From positions 100,690,001 to 100,754,000 of the forward strand of contig NC_058368.1 of NCBI RefSeq assembly GCF_018350175.1: 64,000 bases of DNA. The letters are read 5' to 3'. Made by a program: the position numbers and the translations under genes. Positions 52,911 to 62,474 of this stretch are shown in pieces (within the stretch, counting starts at the first letter, position 1; every line of letters begins with the position of its first letter). Source of the DNA: Felis catus. Its lineage: Eukaryota. The notes beneath the pieces were generated by a model. It made no database searches. It was given only the letters and a program-made list of their open reading frames with translations, and was not told the origin of the DNA.

Positions 52911-53408
52911 TTTTATTTTCTTTCTTTTTTCTGTATTGTGGATGGAGAAGATAAAATGATTAGTTGGATTTATTTGCCTTGAATCCACAAATTATTTTGG
53001 TGCTATCTAAGCACATGTGAAGAAATTACTGAGGATAGGTTTGAATGTTAACTATATTAGACTGATAATTATCTAACTTCTATTGAAAAATCTTGGGAAT
53101 TTGGATTTTATAGCTACACTGTATAACAATTCTAGTAACAATCGCCCTGTCCAAAGCTCTTCCTTTTAGTTAACCAATAGTTCTTTTGTCATGATATATA
53201 TCCATTGCCTTTTGATCTTTTGCATGGTATCTATCGAAACAATGGGAATGGTTTTTATTGTCGTGGTCTGTGCAATATTTGTGTGAACTCTCAAAGAACC
53301 CAATGGGGAATGATAACGCTCAAGGTTGGGCTTGCTTCCAGCTTTTCTCGTCATCTCTGCTGTACTCATTGAAGCAACATAACAGGTAAGGTGAGCAGAC
53401 TTAGACAT
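52911..53408 (-). pseudogene. Candidate endogenous bornavirus-like L element (EBLL), retroposed L-polymerase fragment
   Basis: Poly(A) relic 52911-52930, decayed TSD 52901-52917/53406-53422, 159-codon frame with five stops and no frameshift, colinear similarity to BoDV-1 L recalled from memory ([53 protein letters not shown]/INP). Confidence 0.65.
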
Positions 53409-53585
53409 AAGACTGTTTTCTTCACATCCAATGCTGGAGCTTGAAATCTACAACTCAGAGAGTAGCACACAGGGATGGATTTAAAGCTGCAAAGAACAAG
53501 GAGAAGTTGGGACCCAGCAGGACACACTGGAACCCGAATCCGTTCTCAGTGCCTCCAACTTGTTGGTGTGGGTGTCCTCACGACT

Positions 53586-53754
53586 AAAGAACTGGCCCCC
53601 TCCATCCTAGAACTAAGCATCTAGCTGGCCCAGGAGTCAGAGAAGGCGAAGCAGACAGGGGAAGATAGGACAGTAGCAGTTCTGGCCACCGCCCTACGCT
53701 GATGACGTGAGTCAGCAGACAAGCTACAATTTATATGAGCTACAGTCAAACCTG
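53586..53754 (+). pseudogene. APOA4-like coding relic carried inside the LTR
   Basis: KELAPSILELSI*LAQESEKAKQ and PYADDVSQQTSYNLYELQSNL resemble APOA4 [23 protein letters not shown] and [21 protein letters not shown] (recalled). Confidence 0.7.
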
Positions 53755-54763
53755 TCCTGACCTCTCAAGCATAAAAAACACAATGGTGGCCGCTTCACTC
53801 CCTCTCTCCAAATATTACACAGGAAACATACAGAGAAAGGAAGCATCATTCAGCCTGCTCCAGTGACACGTTACACAGCCACCACCCTTTCCAGGATCAC
53901 ACAGTCTAACATTGTAACCCTACCTTCAACACTCACTACCCTTGTTTAATTTGTCTCTATGGTCTTAACTTTTCTCATATTTTCCTTATTTGTTTTCTCT
54001 ACTGGCTGTCTTACCCCCATAAATGTGAGCTTCATAAGGACAGGGAGATTTGCCCACTGCGCTATGACAAGGGCCCGGAAGAGTACCTGGCACATAGTGG
54101 ACCTTCTGTGAATATTTGTTGAATAAGTGAATTATAGAAGCATTCTGACGAACATTTTAATAAATCTTTAATTATGATTATTTGCCTCTAGGACAATCAC
54201 ATACAGATTTTCTGACTGTAGCAAATGAGAATTAGAAGTATCGGTGATAAACTTACAACCTATGAAATAGCAAGACAGCTAAGAACTAATGAGCTATAAC
54301 TTATTCCCATTCCTTATCCTTTAGGAACGGAACAAATTCATAGAAAATGGTGAAGGAGCAAAAAGATGTTTTATAACATCTTTCAGATAATGTATGGAAC
54401 AGTGAAGATAAGGCTTTGTTAAAGATTGCTTATCACCCGATTTCTCCCATTAAATTAGGCACTTGATAAATATACTTGACTGCTCTTGATGAGTATCTTG
54501 AACATTTTGTCTTACCCTTCCACTCTCTTTTCAGAATGAGCATGCTGTGGGGAGACCTGTGCTCAGGTGTGACCATGAGAAATGGAGATCAATGCTTCCG
54601 TTTCCCCTGCACCTTGTTCAAAGCCCCTTCCTCAGAGAAAACTGCTTCATCACCCAGTGGTAGCATGAATTATTCCTTTTTATAAAATCCTATTATATCG
54701 GTTCATCTGCAACACAGTTCATCTCTTTATGAATCTCTGTATGTCTGTCTTGCAAGCTCACTA

Positions 54764-55215
54764 TAACAGTCAGGGTCCCGACACTAACCAGACAGCACAC
54801 ACACGTTGGGGTAATTCACAAGGAACTTGTTACACAGCTCCAGGCAGGATGCAGGAGTAGAAGAGACAGTCTATGAATCTGGGTGCTGTCACCTCCTTAG
54901 ACACAAACGGAGGAAGGGGTTACCAAAAGGAGAGAAAGCTGTGGCCAGTGGGTCTCCTTGAGAAGAGCCAAGACTTTCTGTGATGGCCAACTTGTAAGGT
55001 GACTTCCCAGGGAGGTCACCAGGATCATAAATACCCTGACCTCATTCTCCTCCCCTCCTAATTGCTTATCAAAGCAACCCATTGGCTGACCCCAACCAGA
55101 AGCTGGGAACCACGAGAACTCGTTGATGGAATCTCTACTAGTCTGCTTCCTAGGACCAACAGCAGGTTGGGGAAGGGTGTGTGACGAACCCAGAATGGCA
55201 TGTGGAAGCTATGCG
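54764..55215 (-). mobile_element. Old ERVL LTR relic (LTR16/LTR67-like)
   Basis: tataacagtcagggtccc...cagacagcacac start; cccattggctgacccc aaccagaagc. Confidence 0.45.
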
Positions 55216-57025
55216 GCACTCCCAGTGAAAAGCAGGAACTAGGTCTCCTTTTTATCCCTCAGAGAACCTTCACAAAATACTTGGTGCGGACTTTGGATTC
55301 ACACAACGTCTTCCTGTGAGTTCTACTAACCTACCTCCATACAGCTGGGCAGAATGTGAGGTAGATCCCAGGGAATCACAGGTTGACTGTGGTCCTGAGA
55401 TTATCTATCAAAAACCAGGAACCAGCCTAAAAGACAAGGATCTTCCACCAAGAGTCTTTGGCGACCTGATTAGGAGAAAAGTTCAAGGGTAAGGCCCTGA
55501 AAGAGCTTCTGAAATATTTTTGGTTGGTTGATATGCTGACCTGAAGGTGCCAGCACACTCCCTAGGTGGGAGGCAGGGAAACCGTGCAATGAACTGTAAG
55601 AGCGATCAAATACTCCATTCCTACAAAAGCATGCCTAGTGGTGAAACACTGGGAGGGTAAGAATTCACGGACTGGGTGTCACAGGTAGCATCATCGGTCC
55701 TTGGAAAACAACCCCCTCATATAAAGACAGTGTTTGGCAAAGTCTCACAGCTTTATCTTATTGCTTCTTGCATTACTCTTTGAGCCTTACAACTTTCTGT
55801 GCATGATCTGTGCATTGTGTTTAAATGTTGGTCGGTGACAGTATAAAGGAAGATCAATAAAGAGAGGAGAAAGGTACCTGAGAACTTTGGAACTTAATTT
55901 TTTAAATGTCAGCCTAAGGAAATCGGAGAGGGCCACTAGGAACATGGCATATATCTTAAAGACCAATTAGCATTTTACATGTCTTTTATTAAATGGATAC
56001 GTCCTTTAACTAGCCACATCACTTTCACTCAACAGCTTAATAACCCAGAAAGTAGTAAAACTAAATGCCTACCTTATTGATCAGCTGTCAAAAATATTAT
56101 AATATTTTTCACCTTTCTCATAAAATATGTGCTAAAAATTTATTAGGACATTAATATACAAATTTACCATTCCAGTGGAATGTGCTATGAATTCAAAACA
56201 GCTTGCTTCCTTTGGTCTTTTCAAAAGCAGTGTTCTTATACAGAACTACAGAAAATATATATAAATATAGCAATTTTCCTAAATAAGGATTTTTTCCATG
56301 AGCCTTTCACATATGTTCTTAGTTCTTTTGTTAGGGTTTGAAAATAGCATAATTTCTGTATAATCCTTTGAAGATCGTGAAGAAAGAAACCATATAAACA
56401 TATATTAAACAGAGCTCATTTTTTTCATTTCTGGAAACATACGATAAAAACAAAAATTATTGTGAAACAATCATGTTTTTCTCCCAGAGGATAAGGACCC
56501 TCTTTTATTTACCTTTGGGTTCCCAAAGTTGACGTTAATCCTGGCATATCCTAAGTGTGTTATAAATGTTTTAGTCACCATACATGCTAAATATGTAGCC
56601 TATATCCCTCTCTTGTTATTAAAACCCATGCTGTAAGAATTCTCAAATCGCTGCAATGTACTAACTACATGGCTTACTCCAAAATACGTGGAATAACGTC
56701 TGTGGCATAGTTTATTAATCAGAAGGCTTTCGGCTTCTAGGAACAGAAGGCCTTGAAGCCTTGTTTTAGTCTTCCAAAACAATAGGAAAACTGATTCTCA
56801 TGTGATAAGCGGTCATGAGATGGGGGGGTTCCGGACTGGTAAAGTTGGCAGCTTAGTGACATTTCCAAGGACGCAGATTCTTTCCATCTCTCTTTTGATT
56901 CCTTGCCATATCAGCCTCATCCTCAGACTAACTCCCCCCCCCCAACGGATAATTCCAGAAATGAATGCATTGTTCAGAGAGGGGAAATAGAAAGTAAAGT
57001 CCCCTATCTTCCCTGAGTCTCTCTC

Positions 57026-57244
57026 TTTTTTTTTTCAATGTTTATTTTTGAGAGAAAGAGAGGGAGAGACAAAGAGCAAGCAGGGGAGAAGCAGGAGAGA
57101 GAGTGGGAGACACAGAATCCGAAGCAGGCTCCAGGCTCTGAGCTGTCAGCACAGAGCCCGATGCAGAGCTCGAACTCGCAAACCGTGAGATCATGACCTG
57201 AGCCGAAGTTGGCCTCTTAACCCACCGAGCCACCCAGGCGCCCC
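57026..57244 (-). mobile_element. Can-SINE
   Basis: TSD ttccctgagtct. Confidence 0.9.
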
Positions 57245-57340
57245 TTCCCTGAGTCTTTTTTTTTTAAGATCAGGGAAGAATTTCCCAGAATTCAATCATT
57301 ATACACTCAGCAGGCTTCTCCTCAAGTCTTAAGGGCCAGA

Positions 57341-57343
<3 letters not shown>

Positions 57344-57386
<43 letters not shown>
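57344..57386. repeat. (TG)n microsatellite
   Basis: Direct reading. Confidence 0.95.
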
Positions 57387-57388
<2 letters not shown>

Positions 57389-57470
57389 TTAAGGAGAGTA
57401 CAGTATCTTAATTATGTCAGAAACAGTTGTCCTCCTACATTCTAATAGGGCAATCAAGAATATTGTTACA

Positions 57471-57698
57471 GGGGCGCCTGGGTGGCGCAGTCGGTTAAGC
57501 GTCCGACTTCAGCCAGGTCACAATCTCGCGGTCCGTGAGTTCGAGCCCCGCGTCGGGCTCTGGGCTGATGGCTCAGAGCCTGGAGCCTGTTTCCAATTCT
57601 GTGTCTCCCTCTCTCTCTGCCCCTCCCCCGTTCATGCTCTGTCTCTCTCTGTCCCAAAAATAAATAAATGTCGAAAAAAAAAATTAAAAAAAAAAAAA
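57471..57698 (+). mobile_element. Can-SINE, young subfamily
   Basis: TSD aagaatattg(t/c)taca. Confidence 0.95.
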
Positions 57699-58518
57699 GA
57701 ATATTGCTACAAATTTAATTAGAAGTAACATACATGTTCATCATAACTTACGATAGGAAAGCTTTTATGTGCACAGCAGATGCTGTTGACTGCCTACCCA
57801 ACAGCCATACTCCTTCCTTTTTTTCTCAGTAAAGCTCTATATTATTAGCAGAGGTCTTCAAGATCATCTCACTGATATTTGTTCACACTAAAATGTACTC
57901 AAAAAAATTTTTGTTTCCTTTACTGAAAACCATTGTTTTTCATTCACGCTATTTGATACATCTAGGGTATGACTGTGAACAATACAGACCAAAATTCCTG
58001 CCCGCATGGAACTTAAATGCTATTGCAAATAAGATACACCTCAAATGAGGTAACAAGAGATGCCAGCTTAAAAACATGCAACGTTAGTTTTTCATAATCT
58101 TAGAACAATCCAGTTTCTCAAAATTTATCCTGAAAAACTAGTCACATGTCATTGCAAGCATACGTTCACAGCAGCCTCTAAGAGGGGAAAATTGGAGATA
58201 GCCTAAATATCCAAAATCGGGGACCTGGTTAAGAGAGAATTATTGTGTGTCTATATAGATAATCATGAAAAATAATGACAGTTTTCATGATGAGCTCTGA
58301 GTAATGAATAGAATTGTTGGATCCCTATACTGTAAACCTGAAACTAATATAACGCTGTATGTTAGCTATACTAAAATTAAAATAATAAAAAAAAGGTAAG
58401 TTCAATCCTGAAACAATCAGTACATATTAAAGACATGTTAATAAAAGATAAATTCACATTTGCAAAAGAAAAACAAAAGACAAATAGTATTTATTTATTT
58501 GTAAAAATGTTCAGGATA

Positions 58519-58955
58519 GAGGTGCCTGGGTCGCTCAGTCAGTTCAGCGTCCACCTTCGGCTCAGGTCATGACCTTGCATTTCATGAGTTCGAGCCCCAA
58601 GTCGGGCTCTGTGCTGACAGCTCAGAACCTGGAAGGTGCTTGGATTCCATGTCTTCCTCTCTCTCTGCCCCTCCCCCACTGGCGCACAGGCGCGCGCTCT
58701 CTCCCTCTGTCTCTCAAAAATAAATATTTTTTTTAAATGTTCAGGATATGGGGCACCTGGGTGGCTCAGTCGGTTAAGCGTCCAACTTGGGCTCAGATCA
58801 TGATCTCACAGTTTGTGGGCTGGAGCCCCATGTCGGTCTCCGTGCTGACAGCTCAGAGCCTTCCGACTCTGTGTCTCCCTCTCTTTCTGCCTATCCCCTG
58901 CTTGTGATCTGTCTCTCTCTCTCTCTCTCATAAATCAATAAACATTAAAAAAAAA
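58519..58955 (+). mobile_element. Two tandem Can-SINEs
   Basis: Heads at ~58519 and ~58750; aaatgttcaggata repeated. Confidence 0.9.
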
Positions 58956-59724
58956 TGTTTGGGATATAACACTAAATGAAAAAATGAGCCACAAAGCAGT
59001 ATGCAAATTACAGTAATGTTTTGTTACACATGAATAGGAATAACATCAATACAGTAACAGTACTGTGATACTGGGTGATGTAATTAGGTGATGTAATTGA
59101 GAGTGACGTTTTTTCCACCTGCTTTCCAGGTTTTCATTTATGAACTTGCAACGACTTGATAAATAAGAAGGTGGGAGGTTAAAGTCATCAACCCTGATTT
59201 TAATGTCTCACTGTAATACCATTAACCATTTATCAAGTACTTCCCATGTGCCCACTGATGCATTAAGCACTTTGTATGTATTTTTGCATTTAATTCTTTC
59301 AATGATCCCGTAGGTTAAGCTTTGCTACTTTCTCTATTTTTCCCCCCAGGCTATAAAATGGGTTTAATGGAAGTTAAATGTCGTGGCCAAGATACACACT
59401 ACTAAGAGTGTATCTAACTACCAAGTGGTTCACCCTGAATTCAATCCAATCCAAAATAGTCTGACTCAGAGTCTGGTCTTCTAAGCACTGATGCTATTAT
59501 GTCTACAAACACAGGCAGTTAAAAGCACGCTGACTATGGCAGAAAATCAATGAATTAGATCACAAAACTTTCGGGAAATTATAAATGGATAAAGGGCTAT
59601 ATCAAGAAGGCAGATTAACCACAGGAAACTATCTCCAAAAGAGTATCTTGGAAAAGAACATGATTATAGATGTATATATATAATGTATCTTTTTTAAGAA
59701 CACTGGAAAAGAATATTAACTGCT

Positions 59725-59942
59725 GGGGCGGCTGGGTGGCTCAGTCGGTTAAGCGTCTGACTTCAGCTCAGGTCACGATCTTGTGGTTTGTGGGTTCGAG
59801 CCCCGCGTTGGGCTCTGTACTGACTGCTCGGAGCCTGGAGCCTGCTTCGGATTCTGTGTCCCCCTCTCTCTCTGCCCCTCCCCCCTCATGCTCGTTCGCT
59901 CGCTCGCTTGCTCTCTCTCTCAAAAATAAACATTCAAAAAAA
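59725..59942 (+). mobile_element. Can-SINE
   Basis: Head, body and tail. Confidence 0.9.
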
Positions 59943-60539
59943 TTTTAAAGAATAGTCACTGCTAGTAATATTTACAATTCCCTGCCAAAAAGCAAGCCTT
60001 CTAAAATTTAAAATATGTTCATCTTGAAACATGTGCCAATCACACTAACCCCTGAGGCAAACAATGCAAAATGAAAGCCAGGGGTTATCGGCCACAGTAA
60101 GCAGCAGAGTCAGTGGTGTGGAGACTTGCATTCAGATCTACTGCATGAGAAATCTCCCGCTTGGAGAGATTTACCTCCAGGCCGGACTAGTAGGTGTTCA
60201 CGTGCAGGGCCCTGGGCGTCTGCATTGTCCAGGAGGACGCCACACCCAGAAGACCACTGCTGTTGTACCGGACGTTTCCCTCCTCTGTTGCTCCAAAGCA
60301 CTCCAGGATTTAGCAGCTTAGACAGAATTCTTTGGCTTGACTGCGCTCCATCAGGCAGTTCTTTCACAGCTCTCGCTTAGAGCTGCTCATGCAGCTGCAG
60401 GTGGATGGTCGCAGGGGCTGAAACGTGCAAGATGATGCAGCCACATGCCTGGTGCCCAGGCAGGCAAGTTGGGAAGGCTGGAGCCCCTCTCATCCCCCCG
60501 CAACCCAATTCTGTTTTCCTTTTCAAGAAGTGACCTAAT

Positions 60540-60712
60540 GACACCTGGGTGGCTCAGTCGGTTAAGTGGCCAGCTCTTGATTCTGGCTCAGGTCTTGATC
60601 CCAGGGTCGTGAGATCGAGCCCCGCGTGGGGTTCCACGGCGGGCCTGGAGCCCGGTTAAGATTCTCTCTCTCCTTCTCCCTCTGTCCCTCCCCTGTCTCA
60701 AAAAACAAATAA
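60540..60712 (+). mobile_element. Can-SINE
   Basis: Head and body; flanked by aagaagt(g/t)acct. Confidence 0.85.
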
Positions 60713-61331
60713 GCAGGTAAAAGAAGTTACCTCTTTCCCACTGTGCAGTACCCTCAGTGGAGCTATCTAAGTGCTTGTCCTCACAGGCAGGCCAGAAACC
60801 CCAGCTACACTGACGGGGATCCCCAGCCCCTCCCTCCAGGGGATGTGATTTGTGAGTGATGTGGTACAGGAAGGGGAAACACTTTCTCATCCGAGACGTG
60901 GGCTGTTTAACCCACGGCTACGCATCGCGTGGTGAATCTGGGGCCCCAGTCAGGCAGCAGGGACGTAGCCCAGGGGACAGTGAGGACACACTGGGACCTG
61001 CAGGGCACCTCTGCATCTGCCTATCACCGTATCTGACAAAATCCCCAGAGACTCTTCTCTGTCCTTCTCTAACTTGGAACAAAACAGAGAAGGGGATTCG
61101 GAGAAAGAGAGCTCTGAAAGAAATCAAGCTGACAACCACACGTTGCATCACAGTTCTTAAGGAACAAAATGGACATGATAGAACATGAACACATCAGCAC
61201 AGGGCCTGGCCCATAGTCAGTCTTTACTAAAAGCTCATTTATTTAACATAGTGTTCCTAAATCAAGTGACCTGTGCTAATAGTATTTAGACTCGAAATCT
61301 TTTAGGACCGTTTTAAACCTTGTGACTTGCT

Positions 61332-61532
61332 GGGGCGCCCAGGCAGCTCAGTCAGTTAAGTGTCCAACGTCGGCTCAGGTCATGATCTCATGGTCTGTGA
61401 GTTCTAGCCCCACAATGTGCTCTCTGCTGACAGCACGGAGCCTGCTTGGGATTCTGTCTCCCTTTCTGTCTGCCCCTCCCCTGGTTGCTCTCTAACTCTC
61501 TCTTGAAATAAATAAAAATAAACTTGTAAAAA
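61332..61532 (+). mobile_element. Can-SINE
   Basis: Head, body and tail. Confidence 0.85.
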
Positions 61533-62249
61533 ATGTATACATGTGTTCAATATGTGATTTGCTGGCACATTTTGTCACAGTGACTGGCACTGCCTCTTGC
61601 CGTATCTCTTCTTTCGAACGTGTTTGGAAACTCTTTATATGGATAATTGTTCATTTGGTTAAATAGCAAAAACAATACATGCATGTTGTGCATTTCTTTT
61701 ATTTACGTTTATTTTCACTAGGCTTGTAATCGAATCTCTAGTTTTAAAAATAAGAAGAATCTTAATAATGTTTTTAATATTAAATTTAACAATAATTTTT
61801 AAGGGAGCTTTTACAATTTCGTCTAAGACTTTCAAATGTTCTTCCACTGAATTTTTAGGTGCTATATTTTATTTTATTTCATTTTCAGTCTTACAGTTGA
61901 CTCAAACCTTCCCAAGAATTCAAATGATTCTTTTCCTAACAACTCTATTGAGATAATGATTCACATGCCATACAATTCACCCATTTAATGCGTACAATTG
62001 AAAGTATATAATTTAGTGGCTTTCGTTTTTCATAGAGTTGTGCAATCATTATCACAATCAATATTTAAACATTTGCATCACCTCCATAGCCCCCACGTTC
62101 CTTAATCAAGTGACTCTTATAAATCAAATAAGTTAAATATATAATAAGATGAATCTTAAATTCTCTTAATTGTTCTAATTGTACTCTTTACAAACTTAGT
62201 AAGATTTCACCTAAAATCGCAAATATAAAACACTTATTCAATTATTCAC

Positions 62250-62474
62250 TTTTATTTATTTATTTATTTGTTTGTTTGTTTTTTGAGAGAGAAAGAGTGA
62301 GAGTGAATACAAGTGGGGGACAGGCAGACAGAGAGGGAGAATTGAATCTTAACCAGGCTCAGCTCTGTCAGCACAGAGCCTGACAACGGGACTCAATCTC
62401 ACAACCCTGGGATCATGACCTGAGCCAAAACCAAGAGTCAGCCGCTTAACCGACTGAGCCAACCAGGCACCCCC
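62250..62474 (-). mobile_element. Can-SINE
   Basis: Reverse-strand head; TSD attcacttt. Confidence 0.9.

Larger units (their letters stand above)
52507..53885 (-). mobile_element. LTR41-like ERVL solo LTR, split by (GATA)n, a SINE (52592-52803, -) and a retro-insertion
   Basis: Left part ends cagtctctgtgaggct and right part resumes gactgttttcttcacatccaatgctggagcttgaa, matching the LTR41 consensus as I recall it; approximate 5-bp TSD ccttc/ccttt. Confidence 0.7.
51380..54132 (+). mobile_element. Fragmented L2 relic hosting a young SINE (51635-51857) and the LTR41-like element
   Basis: cttgcttcagggcctttgc motif; 3' end cctggcacatagtgg...aatatttgttgaataagtgaat. Confidence 0.7.

Noticed and set aside
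53100..53220. Resemblance of [11 protein letters not shown]...YSVAIK to the measles-virus L C-terminus (KREWVFKVTVKE...YSALIK, recalled)
   Set aside because: Needs a 9-residue gap and does not extend; the bornavirus L alignment is longer and nearly gapless
52931..53408. Numt, L1 fragment or bornavirus N/M origin for the insert
   Set aside because: No resemblance by eye to mitochondrial genes, L1 ORFs or BoDV N/M as I recall them; a host processed pseudogene is not formally excluded
575..62474. Dozens of similar 60-120 aa ORFs (MGQRETEHERGRGRE..., MAQSVKRPTSAQV..., PGWRSRLSVRLQPG...)
   Set aside because: These are translations of Can-SINE copies in various frames, not a gene family
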